From assembly GCF_003334355.1 (NCBI RefSeq), contig NZ_QOWP01000002.1: DNA of 64,000 bases. One strand, given 5' to 3'. Position 1 is the first letter of the stretch. Every line of letters starts with the position of its first letter. The DNA comes from Escherichia coli. GTDB lineage: Bacteria > Pseudomonadota > Gammaproteobacteria > Enterobacterales > Enterobacteriaceae. The notes beneath the pieces were generated by a model that searched no databases, had not been told where the DNA came from, and was given only the letters and a program-made list of their open reading frames with translations. Below are positions 21,616 through 31,848 of the stretch, one piece after another. Both the position numbers and the translations under genes were made by a program.

Positions 21616-22869
21616 TTACTGCCCGGCAATAACGATGCCCGTATATTCAGGAACAAGTACAGAGCAACCATACAGAGTGGTGAAACGAGCAGTAGTTACG
21701 CCTTTGATGTGGTCGAAGGCGTAAGACATGATCAGCGTAGCGCCCTGCTCGGTGGTTGCCGTCATTACCTGTGGACCCTGACCAGTTGGGAACGCCAGCT
21801 TGCCGTACATTAGTTCAACAGAACCATCAGCCCAGAACAGGTTAGCCGGTGCGGCATTTTTGTTGAGAATGGTGATTGCTGCGCTACTTGCCGCATTAGC
21901 ATCAACGTTTGCATATGGTCGGCTGGCGACATCCGCGTTGTCAGGCGGCAGAATTTTCGGGGAGATAGTTACTGTCGTTCCGCTTACTGCCAGAACGCGG
22001 AATACCTGCGGCTGCCCGGTGGTATCTTTGGTAATCTGGTGTACAGAATTCACCCCTGCGATGGTAAACGCATCGCCAACCTGCAAACCTTCAGTAGATA
22101 CCGTAATGGTCCCCTGTCGGTTATCCACTGGCATATCGTTAGCATCTTTCGCTTCAACCTTGTGCGCAGGTGCTGCTGCCAGCGTAATGGAAGTTGCTGT
22201 ACCCTTCGGAACACGACCAGAAATATCGGTCTTGTAGCTATCAAAGGAAGCAACCGGAGGGATCTGCGCTTTTTCGTATGCTGTCAGGGTTGCGCCCTGA
22301 GCATAGGCACGGTGACCAAGCTCGCCAGCAAGATCTTTGTAGTTGAAGGGGTTCCAGAAAGAGCGACGGTTGATACCCTGAGGTACACCAATCGCCGTCA
22401 TGGTGGCATCAATGCCTGCCGCACAGTTCCACAAATCACGGCCCTGTGAACCAGTGGTTGAGTCAGCCATTGTGATCACGTTAGTAGCACGCTGCGTGAC
22501 CATGGAAATCAGGTCAGAGTCAATCTGTGCAGCAAGGCGCATACCTGCGGCGCGACCAGCTTCAGTTTTATGTTCCGGGTCACGCATTTCACGCGCATCC
22601 AGAGTGTACAGAATGTTTTTCGGCTCCTTGAATACAGAAGGAACAAGGCGCTGAACCAGTGCTGTAGGCGTTTTTCCGCTGAGGTCGAGGCCTTCCTCAA
22701 TGTTCATGTGGTAATGCTGCGGACGATACAGAACATCACCTGCTCGCTGCATTGCTGTATCACCTGGACGGAATTTTTTAGCGTTACGGGAAACTACGCA
22801 GGCGGCCTCAAAGCCTTCAACGTAGTTTTCGAACATGATTTCAAGGTCTTTTGCTAATTGGTTAGCCAT
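21616..22869 (-). CDS. Major coat protein, P22 gp5-like (417 aa)
   Basis: Size and position after the scaffold gene; MANQLAKDLEIMFENYVEGFEAACVVSRNAKKFRPG... Confidence 0.88.
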   Translation of the reverse strand: MANQLAKDLEIMFENYVEGFEAACVVSRNAKKFRPGDTAMQRAGDVLYRPQHYHMNIEEGLDLSGKTPTALVQRLVPSVFKEPKNILYTLDAREMRDPEHKTEAGRAAGMRLAAQIDSDLISMVTQRATNVITMADSTTGSQGRDLWNCAAGIDATMTAIGVPQGINRRSFWNPFNYKDLAGELGHRAYAQGATLTAYEKAQIPPVASFDSYKTDISGRVPKGTATSITLAAAPAHKVEAKDANDMPVDNRQGTITVSTEGLQVGDAFTIAGVNSVHQITKDTTGQPQVFRVLAVSGTTVTISPKILPPDNADVASRPYANVDANAASSAAITILNKNAAPANLFWADGSVELMYGKLAFPTGQGPQVMTATTEQGATLIMSYAFDHIKGVTTARFTTLYGCSVLVPEYTGIVIAGQ

Positions 22870-22887
22870 GCTTAATGCTCCGATAGG

Positions 22888-23781
22888 TTATTTTTTTGCC
22901 TTTTTAGCGGCGAAATACGGCGTCCAGTCACCAGTTTCCAGCGCCTTGGCTTTCAGTTTGTCGAGGTTATTGATTACTGCGCCGTTGCTCCCCTTAACTG
23001 TCGGGGTTGTGGCTGCCGTGGTTTTTGCTTTTGGCATGATTCTGGCCTTCGATTCGATACGTTCCAGCAGACGACCAATTGCTACGGGGTTGGTAGCTTC
23101 TGCCAGTTGCTTGCGCAGTTCAGCGTTGCGACCGAGTGCGAGAACAACGATTTCCGGCTTCTCTGACTCAAACAGGATCGCGTTTTGTGTCTCGATGGGG
23201 ATTTCCTCGAGTACGGCCTGCTCAGCTTCCTGATAGCCAGGAACTTTGAGAGCCTTAACACGTTGCTGATATTTGGATAATCGCTCTTGATAGGCAGCCT
23301 GAAGCTCCTGCTCCTTCTGCTTGCGAGCCATCTCCTGTTGCTGGTACTTACCGTTATCCTCTGCCCACTTAGCCATGCGTTGCTGGTAGATTTCTTCATC
23401 GAAACCGATGTCATCATCATCCAGTTTTGGCATTCGCGGTGGTTGCGTGATTACCGGCTGCTGCTCGACGGGTTTCTGAGACTGACGCATCAGCTCTTTC
23501 AGCTCGCGGTCTTTCTCTTTAATCGTCTTGCGCAGGTGTTTTACCAGTCCATGCTCTGCGCCATCTTCGCTGGTTGGCGAATCCAGCTTTTCGTCACCAA
23601 AGTAGAATTCCTGTTCTGATTCGTCGTCATCAGTTTCAGTAGCTTCCTCTGCATCATTGCCGGAGGACTCACTGCCATCTTCTGTTTCGACTTCTTCAGC
23701 CAGTTCGACATCATCAGGAATCTGCTCTGACGCGTCGGTTTCGATTTCAACTTCTGGTGTGTTTTCTGCCATCTGGTCCAT
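22888..23781 (-). CDS. Scaffolding protein, P22 gp8-like (297 aa)
   Basis: Highly acidic N-terminus, coiled-coil middle, basic helix-turn-helix-like C-terminus; sits between portal and coat. Confidence 0.85.
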   Translation of the reverse strand: MDQMAENTPEVEIETDASEQIPDDVELAEEVETEDGSESSGNDAEEATETDDDESEQEFYFGDEKLDSPTSEDGAEHGLVKHLRKTIKEKDRELKELMRQSQKPVEQQPVITQPPRMPKLDDDDIGFDEEIYQQRMAKWAEDNGKYQQQEMARKQKEQELQAAYQERLSKYQQRVKALKVPGYQEAEQAVLEEIPIETQNAILFESEKPEIVVLALGRNAELRKQLAEATNPVAIGRLLERIESKARIMPKAKTTAATTPTVKGSNGAVINNLDKLKAKALETGDWTPYFAAKKAKK

Positions 23782-23871
23782 TTGTTACCCCTGTTTACTC
23801 GATGTTCAGCCCATCGGAAGGCAATAGGGTGCCCGGCCTCATAAAGACAGCCATTGCACGTTATGGGTTAA

Positions 23872-26070
23872 TTACTGCTGTGGTTGTTGCTGAGTTGATT
23901 TTTGCAGGATGCTGCTGATGTCCATGCGCTGCGCATGACCCTGTGCCTGACTTTTCAGGACAAGCTCTGCATCAGCACGGGCATTGTCTCCTTGCTGTTG
24001 CTGGAACTGTCCGAGCAGTTTCAGCGCCTCACGGATATCAGATTTTTGCTGGCTATCGGCAGATGCGAGGATTTTCACAACATTTGCCGCAGCAACCTGA
24101 GCATCCGTCTGTGCCTGGAATGCTTTAACCTGAATGGCTGCCTGTTCGTTCTGCGCTTTCTGCAATTCAGCCTGACCAGCAAGAAGCTGACCTTGCGCTG
24201 CAACCATAGCCGGATCTGGCTGACTGGCCTGTTGTTGTTTCGCCTGTTCAACCATCTGCTGTTCTTCAGGCGTTCTCGGCTTGATAACGCCAGACAGAAG
24301 CAACTGATTGCGGTTGTATTCTTTAAGGTCGTCCATCCCTTCGCCGTCCATATTGTCGAGGATCATCGACGATACAAGGTCGTGTTTCGGCGTTCCGGGC
24401 GGGATAAGTGCCAGCATGGAAAGTAACGACTTAACCGTTGCGTCACGGCGAGTAGCGAACGACTGACCGACATCGACAGTCACTTCATAGTTACCCTGCG
24501 AAAGGTCGTTAAGCGCGATAACCTGCCCTGTCTGACGGTCAACCACTTCACCAGTCATCAGCGCCACGTCATCGCTGCCGTCCTCATTAACGATACGCAT
24601 CGGCGTATCACTGCCATAGACCTCACGCGCCATAGAAAGCCACACAACGCCAGCGCGACGCATGGATTTAGCCATGTTGTCCATGTAGATATAGGACTGC
24701 GTGTCCATCCGGTTAAAGATGCTATCAACGGTATCGGTGGCGACGTTGCTCGGCATGTTCTCAAGCTGCGACGCACCTGTAATTTGCTGAATAGCCGTTC
24801 CTGTGTACTGCAATAGCCCGGCAAGAGCAGGAGGCATTTGTGTCGGAGGTGTATAACTACTTACCTGAGCCTGCGCAGTAATATCGCCGTTTTTGTTTTT
24901 CAGACTGACCATCGGCAGGAACGCCGGGCGCTTTTTGTTGCGCTCCGCCCAATGAGTGGCGAGAGGACCAGGAATCATGTCAACATCAACTACAGGAATG
25001 CCATCACCGCCAGCCTGAGTGGCGTTATCTGCAATCATGGAAACCATCAGGTTCTCAAGACGCTGTGCATCCATCGCTTTTGCTGCGTGGCCTTCGATTC
25101 GCTCCTGATTATCAACAAATGAGCGACGACCATATACCGGGATGAGAGGAATATGTTCGCCCGGAATACGCTTCGGTTCTTCCAGCCATTCAGCTCCAGA
25201 CAGAAGACCGCAATAAACTCGGCGTTTCTTCACTGTCCGCTCACCGATCAGTTCGAATGCACCATCGGTTAGCTCGTCGACAACATCTTTGATTTGCTCT
25301 TCATCATAGATTGCCGTTTCTCCGCTAACAGGGTTGCGCCACGCCGTGAGCTTCACCTTCTCTATGCGAACTTCGTAGTAGCGTCCAACATAGATGGCAT
25401 CGGGCGTTGACCAGTCATATTGAGTGCCAGTGTCATCACGAGAAAGGCTTGCCGCGATGGAATCAGGGTATTCAGCCTCGAACGCTTTAGGCGTCATGGA
25501 GAACATTTCCATAGCCCACATAGCATCAGAGCGGTCATATTGCTTGCTGTCCTGATCGAAGAAGACGCATGTCGCTGGGTCGTAAACAGGAAGAAGGCTG
25601 ATGCGTCGCTGCTCGTTACTCGGATCCATTTCATCTTCGTAATCGGCACACATGCGGAAACAACCGAATCCGCCCGTTACAGCATCATCAAATGCGTTAT
25701 CACACGCTTCGCCACCGGATGTTTCCTGGTAGTCAGCGCGGAATTTGCCGTTCATCTTTTCGGCTAACGCTTCCGATGCCTTGTCATCCTTCGGCCTGAA
25801 TTTAACGCTGATGCGATTCTGTCGATACTCGCCAATGATGCGATCACATTCACGGGCAATCTTATTCAGTTCAAAGCGCGGGTAATGCTCAAACCTGCCT
25901 TCATCAAATGAGTAACCAGCGTTTGTGCTGCCTTCCCACTGTGCGCCGGATACCCGGACGAAACGTTGAGCCTCAATAATCTGCTCACGCATATCCTGCG
26001 TTGCTGACCAGGCATTATCAAAGTTGCACAGCACCTTGCGATGCCAGTCAGTCATCTTTTTTTCTGCCAT
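23872..26070 (-). CDS. Portal protein, P22 gp1-like (732 aa)
   Basis: Size; C-terminal Gln/Ala-rich barrel segment; motifs ...GEHIPLIPVYG... and ...KPRTPEEQQMVEQAKQQQ...DPAMVAAQGQLLAGQAELQKAQNEQ... comparable to P22 portal. Confidence 0.9.
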   Translation of the reverse strand: MAEKKMTDWHRKVLCNFDNAWSATQDMREQIIEAQRFVRVSGAQWEGSTNAGYSFDEGRFEHYPRFELNKIARECDRIIGEYRQNRISVKFRPKDDKASEALAEKMNGKFRADYQETSGGEACDNAFDDAVTGGFGCFRMCADYEDEMDPSNEQRRISLLPVYDPATCVFFDQDSKQYDRSDAMWAMEMFSMTPKAFEAEYPDSIAASLSRDDTGTQYDWSTPDAIYVGRYYEVRIEKVKLTAWRNPVSGETAIYDEEQIKDVVDELTDGAFELIGERTVKKRRVYCGLLSGAEWLEEPKRIPGEHIPLIPVYGRRSFVDNQERIEGHAAKAMDAQRLENLMVSMIADNATQAGGDGIPVVDVDMIPGPLATHWAERNKKRPAFLPMVSLKNKNGDITAQAQVSSYTPPTQMPPALAGLLQYTGTAIQQITGASQLENMPSNVATDTVDSIFNRMDTQSYIYMDNMAKSMRRAGVVWLSMAREVYGSDTPMRIVNEDGSDDVALMTGEVVDRQTGQVIALNDLSQGNYEVTVDVGQSFATRRDATVKSLLSMLALIPPGTPKHDLVSSMILDNMDGEGMDDLKEYNRNQLLLSGVIKPRTPEEQQMVEQAKQQQASQPDPAMVAAQGQLLAGQAELQKAQNEQAAIQVKAFQAQTDAQVAAANVVKILASADSQQKSDIREALKLLGQFQQQQGDNARADAELVLKSQAQGHAQRMDISSILQKSTQQQPQQ

Positions 26071-26071
26071 A

Positions 26072-27487
26072 TCAACCTACACCACAAGGAATTGAGTAAC
26101 TGGAATAGTCGGGTTGCGCAGCCGACTCCGGGCAATGCATACACATCATCAGCGCATCAGCCAGGTTAGGAGATGGAATACCGAGCTTCTGCTTCATTTC
26201 GACCTTAGTCATTAGCTCCAGCTTCCCGTTGTTATTGAATTTGCGCTGAATCTGCGTCAGTTCTGCAAACAGCTTCTCCAGCATATTCTCGCCTATCGCT
26301 TCTTTGTCGAAACTCAGCATGTCGTCGGGGTCTGCATACTCACCGTGAACAACCGCCCGATATGTCAGATACAGCCTGTCAGCCAGCGCGTAATAGAATT
26401 GCGCTCGCTTATTGCGGAATACATCGCCAATAGTGCGAACATTGTCGCCCTGTACGACTTCATCAGCCCATGCTCCGGCCTGATATGGCGCATCTTCATC
26501 GAATGGCGATTCGCTGCCCTTGAACATCGTGGCGGTGATTTTCTTGCCGGAGAACGCTTCCGTTGTCTGTCTGCGTAGCCCGGCACCAACACCATCACCA
26601 TCCCACAGGTAATGGTCAGCGCCGTCTTCAATCGCCAGCGAAGTAGCCCAGTCAGCACCCTCGTTGATGTCCATCAGCAGACCTTCGGCAATGCGCTTAA
26701 CTACCGAACCTTGACGCGATGCGTAACCTTTAGCATCTGGCCCTGTATCTGACGGGTCATGTGCAGAAACAACCGCGCCTTTCGCTTTCCATCCGAGTTT
26801 CTTGTGCGCATCGGTTGCGGCTTCAAGCCATTCACGTTTGATGATTGCCATATCACTTGCGCTTACCGGCTCACCAAGCCAGATGTGACGATACAGTGTC
26901 GGATTTCTGCGTTTACACTCTTCCATCTCCAGACGGAGAACTTCAGGAAAGTGCGGGTTGTCGGTGTAGTTCACCGTCAGCAGGCAAATATCATCGGGAG
27001 GATTTACAACGAATCGCTGATAGGTATCGTCGAGGATGTTCTTCGGGTTAAAGCTCACCCATATTTCGGAAAACGGCTTGCGGATGGTTGGGATCAGGAT
27101 ATCCCATGATTCCTTCGTTACCGCTTCCGCTTCTTCCACCCAGCAGATATCAATGCCTTCGAGCGATTTAATCTTCGTCGGGTTGTTTTTGATGCCGTAG
27201 AACATGAATTCAGCATTCGTTCCGAGATGACGGATCATTGAACGCTGAATTTCAAACTCAGCCGAATACCCTTCACGCTCGATGGTGTCTTCAAGCAACC
27301 GGATTACCGAATCGCTGATACTGTTTTGCAGTTCACGAGCACAGAGAATACGCACTGGCTGCCGACGCGCCGCTTCAACAAGCAGTCTCGCAATTGCCCA
27401 TGATTTACCGCTACCTCGACCGCCTTTGGCGACTTTGTAGCGATGCGCCTCAATGAACGGTTCAAAGATAGGATTAATCGAGGTCAT
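26072..27487 (-). CDS. Terminase large subunit (471 aa)
   Basis: Walker A (AKGGRGSGKSWAIARLL), conserved ...CWVEEAEAV... and C-terminal nuclease-type region; directly follows the small subunit. Confidence 0.9.
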   Translation of the reverse strand: MTSINPIFEPFIEAHRYKVAKGGRGSGKSWAIARLLVEAARRQPVRILCARELQNSISDSVIRLLEDTIEREGYSAEFEIQRSMIRHLGTNAEFMFYGIKNNPTKIKSLEGIDICWVEEAEAVTKESWDILIPTIRKPFSEIWVSFNPKNILDDTYQRFVVNPPDDICLLTVNYTDNPHFPEVLRLEMEECKRRNPTLYRHIWLGEPVSASDMAIIKREWLEAATDAHKKLGWKAKGAVVSAHDPSDTGPDAKGYASRQGSVVKRIAEGLLMDINEGADWATSLAIEDGADHYLWDGDGVGAGLRRQTTEAFSGKKITATMFKGSESPFDEDAPYQAGAWADEVVQGDNVRTIGDVFRNKRAQFYYALADRLYLTYRAVVHGEYADPDDMLSFDKEAIGENMLEKLFAELTQIQRKFNNNGKLELMTKVEMKQKLGIPSPNLADALMMCMHCPESAAQPDYSSYSIPCGVG

Positions 27488-27924
27488 TTTCCGAATAGAG
27501 TGCTCATCGGTGATGTTTCAATCTGGATTGCGCCGCCGTCTTTGCCTGTTAGCTCGTGATCAACCTTGTCGCGCCATTTATCCTTCTGTCGGTTCTTAAG
27601 CCAGAAGATGGCAGCGGTTGTATCAGGAGGGTAATACTTCTCAAGCGGAGTTTCGACAATTCTGTTTTCAATAACACGAATATCGATGTCTGGAGCCACG
27701 AAGCCCATAGCTCGTTGATAAAGACGATCACTAACTTCTGCATCAGCGACGGCCTTACCTTTTTTTATGGACTCCGAAAACTTAGGATAATCAAGCTTCC
27801 ACTTGTTAATAGTTGACTCACTGACTTCAAAGAAATCAGCAAGTTCTGCATCGGTGTAGCCCAGCAAGCACAGTTTGCGTGCCTGTTCGGCATACGCCTC
27901 TTGATACTTTGTTGGGCGTGCCAT
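27484..27924 (-). CDS. Terminase small subunit (146 aa)
   Basis: MARPTKYQEAYAEQARKLCLLGYTDAELADFFEVSESTINKWK... (HTH) immediately upstream of the large terminase. Confidence 0.8.
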   Translation of the reverse strand: MARPTKYQEAYAEQARKLCLLGYTDAELADFFEVSESTINKWKLDYPKFSESIKKGKAVADAEVSDRLYQRAMGFVAPDIDIRVIENRIVETPLEKYYPPDTTAAIFWLKNRQKDKWRDKVDHELTGKDGGAIQIETSPMSTLFGK

Positions 27925-27926
27925 GT

Positions 27927-28169
27927 TTATGCTCCGGTAGTGAACAGGTCTAACGCTTCCTTCGATTTACGCACCGCTTCGATAGTGCGGGTCGTGATAT
28001 CTGAGTTAGCGCCACCTGACTGGAAGTGAATTTTGAATAGCTCAAGCTTCAGCTCGTCAGTGCCAATGAATTGAAATGCTTCTTCTGCGGCTGCGTTCTG
28101 GTTCATGACCAGTTTGTAAATCTCTAACTGGAATTTCTGTTCTTCAGTCATGGGAATAATCTCTGCCAT
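27927..28169 (-). CDS. Hypothetical protein (80 aa) upstream of terminase
   Basis: ORF MAEIIPMTEEQKFQLEIYKLVMNQNAAAEEAFQF... tightly packed against the small terminase gene. Confidence 0.5.
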   Translation of the reverse strand: MAEIIPMTEEQKFQLEIYKLVMNQNAAAEEAFQFIGTDELKLELFKIHFQSGGANSDITTRTIEAVRKSKEALDLFTTGA

Positions 28170-28425
28170 TGTTGGCTCCGTTTATCCGTTAAAAGGGATA
28201 TCAGTTAAGTTATCCCGTGTAGGGTATAAGCCATTGTCGAGACCACTCATTGAATGGCCTCTGCAATAACCGATGTCTTTCCATCAGTCCGCCACCACAA
28301 AGAATCTTTTTTGCCATAAGGCAGGAGGTTCATCTTTCAGTGGCTGCCAGTGTTATTTCCCCACTTACTGGCTTGGGTTGTTTCGTGGTACTGCCGTAAT
28401 GCAAAAACTGGATTAACCTGCGAAA

Positions 28426-28956
28426 TCACACCATTCCGGGCAAATACATTTGCACTTCATTTGCCGCTCTCTCACGTGCAACATGAAGCAATCTTTTTCG
28501 CCCACCAACGCCCCACTTAGCCATTTGGCTTGCGCACTGGCTTATCGCTTTGGTTTCAGTATTGATGATGTGATCGATTCTATTCAGACGGGACATTGCG
28601 CCAACGCCGAGACGGACAACCGTTTTGAAAACTTCATAAACTTCGACTTCAAATTCCGGCTTAATCCATGCTGCATATCTGATTGCCAGAAGTTCAACCC
28701 CCCACACACCTGGTTCTGCACCACCTTTGATTATTTTAAGTGGTTGAATTTGTTCCAAAGTGCTTTTTTGCACTTTGGCCTCCAGTGCTTTTATGAAGCG
28801 TTTTATCTGCGCGCTACGCAAAAACTGGCTTGGACGCTGTTGCTCTGTAGCCTCTTCATTTGCAACTGCTGCTGCATGGAGATCGTTTAAGTTGTAGCGT
28901 CCATCCTCATCAACACGAACGGACACACCATTGACAATAACTGTTGGGTACTTCAT
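28426..28956 (-). CDS. KilA-N domain-like protein (176 aa)
   Basis: N-terminus MKYPTVIVNGVSVRVDEDGRYNLNDLHAAA... resembles the KilA-N/APSES DNA-binding fold; assigned from memory, not searched. Confidence 0.5.
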   Translation of the reverse strand: MKYPTVIVNGVSVRVDEDGRYNLNDLHAAAVANEEATEQQRPSQFLRSAQIKRFIKALEAKVQKSTLEQIQPLKIIKGGAEPGVWGVELLAIRYAAWIKPEFEVEVYEVFKTVVRLGVGAMSRLNRIDHIINTETKAISQCASQMAKWGVGGRKRLLHVARERAANEVQMYLPGMV

Positions 28957-29100
28957 CAGTGATTACCTTTTAGTGATGAACCTTGTCACACAGGATTCCG
29001 GCCCACAGAAAGGCACCGATCACCAAACCGGCATCCTCAAGGGTCATCCTGAAAGGTTCTGTGTTCAGAAGTCGCGCGTGTGAAGCGCGTTTGTTGCAGA

Positions 29101-29127
29101 TATAAAAAAGCCCCGCAAATGCGAGGC
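29101..29127 (-). terminator. Rho-independent terminator downstream of the lysis cassette
   Basis: Minus-strand hairpin AGCCTCGCAtttGCGGGGCT followed by TTTTTTAT. Confidence 0.55.
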
Positions 29128-29301
29128 TAAATCCTGGTATTTGTAATGACTGGCTCTTATCTCAACGCAGCCCCTTACCGCGCGCCAGATGCTCAATATC
29201 AAGCATCAGCAATGAGATGTTTAATCTGGATTCACTCCAGAAGTGATCACCACCCTGTCTACAGAGCCAGATGTGAAGGATGATGAGTAAAATTATCGCT
29301 A

Positions 29302-29769
29302 TCATTGAAGGCATTGCGTCCTGATGTATTCCTGAAGCGTTCTCAGTGCTGTTTGGTCGCGGATAATTCCGTCCCGGATATCGAGAACGTTTCGTCCAGC
29401 AACTGGAGAGAGTTCGACGGTGGCATCATTGCCCATGCCGGAGGCGCCGGAGGTTTCGGCTGAGGATGGCTCAGGGCATTTTCCTTTGACGAGCACCCTG
29501 CCACCATTATCAAGCTTGCGCCGAAGAGCATCATTTTCAGCTTTCGCATCAGCTAACTCCTTCGTGTATTTAGCATCGAGTGCATCAGCAGCACGCTGGC
29601 GTTGCTGCATGTCAGTAATGGTGGCGGCCGCCTGCTTCAGCTCACTGACTTTTTTATCGCGCTGCTCTTTGTAGGTCATGGCGTTATCACGGTAATGATT
29701 AACAGCCCATGACAGGCAGACGATGATGCAGATAACCAGAGCGGAGATAATCGCGGTTACTCTGCTCAT
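29302..29769 (-). CDS. Rz: i-spanin Rz (155 aa)
   Basis: [30 protein letters not shown]... is almost identical to lambda Rz as recalled. Confidence 0.92.
   Translation of the reverse strand: MSRVTAIISALVICIIVCLSWAVNHYRDNAMTYKEQRDKKVSELKQAAATITDMQQRQRAADALDAKYTKELADAKAENDALRRKLDNGGRVLVKGKCPEPSSAETSGASGMGNDATVELSPVAGRNVLDIRDGIIRDQTALRTLQEYIRTQCLQ
29343..29549 (-). CDS. Rz1: o-spanin Rz1 lipoprotein, embedded in Rz in the +1 frame
   Basis: Embedded ORF with signal peptide and lipobox (LIMVAGC) and proline-rich PPAPPAW segment, as in lambda Rz1. Confidence 0.8.
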   Translation of the reverse strand: MRKLKMMLFGASLIMVAGCSSKENALSHPQPKPPAPPAWAMMPPSNSLQLLDETFSISGTELSATKQH

Positions 29770-30242
29770 ACCTCAATCTCTCTGACTGTTCCGCCAGCTT
29801 CTTTGAATTTTGCAATCAGGCTGTCAGCCTTATGCTCGAACTGGCCATAACCAGCCCCCGGCAACGAAGCCCAGATATTGCTGCAACGGTCGATTGCCTG
29901 ACGGATATCACCGCGATCAATCATCGGTAAAGCGCCACGCTCTTTAATCTGCTGCAATGCCACAGCGTCCTGACTTTTCGGAGAGAAATCTTTCAGGCCA
30001 AGTTGCTTACGATAGGCATCCCACCAACGGGAAAGAAGCTGGTAACGTCCGGCTGCTGTTGATTTGAGTTTGGGGTTTAGCGTGACAAGTTTGCGAGGGT
30101 GATCGGAGTAATCAGTGAATAGCTCTCCGCCAACAATGACGTCATAACCATGATTTCTGGTTTTCTGACGTCCGTTATCAGTTCCCTCTGACCACGCCAG
30201 CATATCGAGGAACGCCTTACGTTGATTATTGATTTCCACCAT
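29766..30242 (-). CDS. R: Endolysin R (lytic transglycosylase, 158 aa)
   Basis: [42 protein letters not shown]... essentially identical to lambda R as recalled. Confidence 0.95.
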   Translation of the reverse strand: MVEINNQRKAFLDMLAWSEGTDNGRQKTRNHGYDVIVGGELFTDYSDHPRKLVTLNPKLKSTAAGRYQLLSRWWDAYRKQLGLKDFSPKSQDAVALQQIKERGALPMIDRGDIRQAIDRCSNIWASLPGAGYGQFEHKADSLIAKFKEAGGTVREIEV

Positions 30243-30549
30243 CTTCTACTCCGGCTTTTTTAGCAGCGAAGCGTTTGATAAGCGAACCAATCGAGTCAGT
30301 ACCGATGTAGCCGATGAACACGCTCGTTATATAAGCGAGATTGCTACTTAGTCCGGCGAAGTCGAGAAGGTCACGAATGAACCAGGCGATAATGGCGCAC
30401 ATCGTTGCGTCGATTACTGTTTTTGTAAACGCACCGCCATTATATCTGCCGCGAAGGTACGCCATTGCAAACGCAAGGATTGCCCCGATGCCTTGTTCCT
30501 TTGCCGCGAGAATGGCGGCTAACAGGTCATGTTTTTCTGGCATCTTCAT
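30226..30549 (-). CDS. S: Holin S (107 aa, dual-start Met1-Lys2-Met3)
   Basis: [41 protein letters not shown]... essentially identical to lambda S as recalled. Confidence 0.95.
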   Translation of the reverse strand: MKMPEKHDLLAAILAAKEQGIGAILAFAMAYLRGRYNGGAFTKTVIDATMCAIIAWFIRDLLDFAGLSSNLAYITSVFIGYIGTDSIGSLIKRFAAKKAGVEDGGNQ

Positions 30550-30667
30550 GTCTTACCCCCAATAAGGGGATTTGCTCTATTTATTTAGGAATAAGGTCGA
30601 TTACTGATAGAACAAATCCAGGCTACTGTGTTTAGTAATCAGATTTGTTCGTGACCGATATGCACGG

Positions 30668-30706
30668 GCAAAACGGCAGGAGGTTGTTAGCGCGACCTCC
30701 TGCCAC
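30668..30706 (-). terminator. tR'-like terminator (end of 6S RNA) between Q and S
   Basis: Minus-strand hairpin GGCAGGAGGTcgcgctaacaACCTCCTGCC followed by GTTTTG; matches lambda tR' as recalled. Confidence 0.8.
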
Positions 30707-31146
30707 CCGCTTTCACGAAGATCATGTGTAGAAGGCCGCAGCATAACTATCACTGATGAGTTCAGGATAGCCAGTGGCACGGCTCAGTTTGGGTTGTGCT
30801 GTTGCTGGGCGGCGATGACGCCTGTACGCATTTGGTGATCCGGTTCTGCTTCCGGTATTCGCTTAATTCAGCACAACGGAAAGAGCACTGGCTAACCAGG
30901 CTCGCCGACTCTTCACGATTATCGACTCAATGCTCTTACCTGTTGTGCAGATATAAAAAATCCCGAAACCGTTATGCAGGCTCTAACTATTACCTGCGAA
31001 CTGTTTCTGGATTGCATTTTGCAGACCTCTCTGCCTGCGATGGTTGGAGTTCCAGACGATACGTCGAAGTGACCAACTAGGCGGAATCGGTAGTAAGCGC
31101 CGCCTCTTTTCATCTCACTACCACAACGAGCGAATTAACCCATCGT

Positions 31147-31182
31147 TGAGTCAAATTTACCCAATTTTATTCAAAAAGTCAA
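31147..31182 (-). promoter_or_regulatory. Late promoter pR' (with qut region) downstream of Q
   Basis: Minus-strand TTGACT -17 bp- TAAATT about 45 bp downstream of the Q stop, as in lambda pR'. Confidence 0.75.
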
Positions 31183-31224
31183 TATCATGCCGTAAAGATG
31201 TTGCCATCCGTGGCAATCATGCCG

Positions 31225-31848
31225 CTAACGTGTGACCGCATTCAAAATGTTGTCTGCGATTGACTCTTCTTTGTGGCATTGCACCACCAGAGCGTCATAC
31301 AGTGGCTTAACAGTGCGTGACCAGGTGGGTTGAGTAAGGTTTGGGATTAGCATCGTTACAGCGCGATATGCGGCGCTTGCTGGCATTCTTGAATAGCCGA
31401 CACCTTTGCATCTTCCGCATTCTTTCTCAACAACTCTCCCCCACAGCTCTGTTTTGACAATATCGACCGCACGGCCTGTACCGTGGCAATCTCTGCATCT
31501 TGCACCCGGCGTCGCGGCACTACGGCAATAATCCGCATAAGCGAATGTTGCGAGAACTTGCAGTACCTTTGCCTTAGTATTTCCTTCAAGCTTTGCCACA
31601 CCACGGTATTTCCCCGATACCTTGTGTGCAAATTGCATCAGATAGTTGATAGCCTTTTGTTTGTCGTTCTGGCTGAGTTCGTGCTTACCGCAGAATGCAG
31701 CCATACCGAATCCGGCTTGTGATTGCGCCATCCCCATAGCAGCCATCACATCAGTACCGGAAAGAGAATCAGAAGCCGTGGCCCGTGGTGAGTCGCTCAT
31801 CATCGGGCTTTTTGGCGAATGAAATTTAGCTACGCTTTCGAGTCTCAT
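31225..31848 (-). CDS. Q: Late antiterminator Q (207 aa)
   Basis: MRLESVAKFHSPKSPMMSDSPRATASDSLSGTDVMAAMG... with zinc-binding CRDCHGTG...CGRCKG; near-identical to lambda Q as recalled. Confidence 0.95.
   Translation of the reverse strand: MRLESVAKFHSPKSPMMSDSPRATASDSLSGTDVMAAMGMAQSQAGFGMAAFCGKHELSQNDKQKAINYLMQFAHKVSGKYRGVAKLEGNTKAKVLQVLATFAYADYCRSAATPGARCRDCHGTGRAVDIVKTELWGRVVEKECGRCKGVGYSRMPASAAYRAVTMLIPNLTQPTWSRTVKPLYDALVVQCHKEESIADNILNAVTR

Noticed and set aside
23902-25767. Several 60-175-aa ORFs on the plus strand inside the portal gene
   Set aside because: Antisense to a well-supported 732-aa portal protein; no independent signals.
30550-31224. ORFs 30796..31080(+), 30919..31113(-), 31044..31235(+) in the Q-S intergenic region
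   Set aside because: This interval corresponds to the lambda pR'/qut/6S RNA/tR' regulatory region; the ORFs have no RBS and are likely non-coding. A tRNA was also looked for here and not found.
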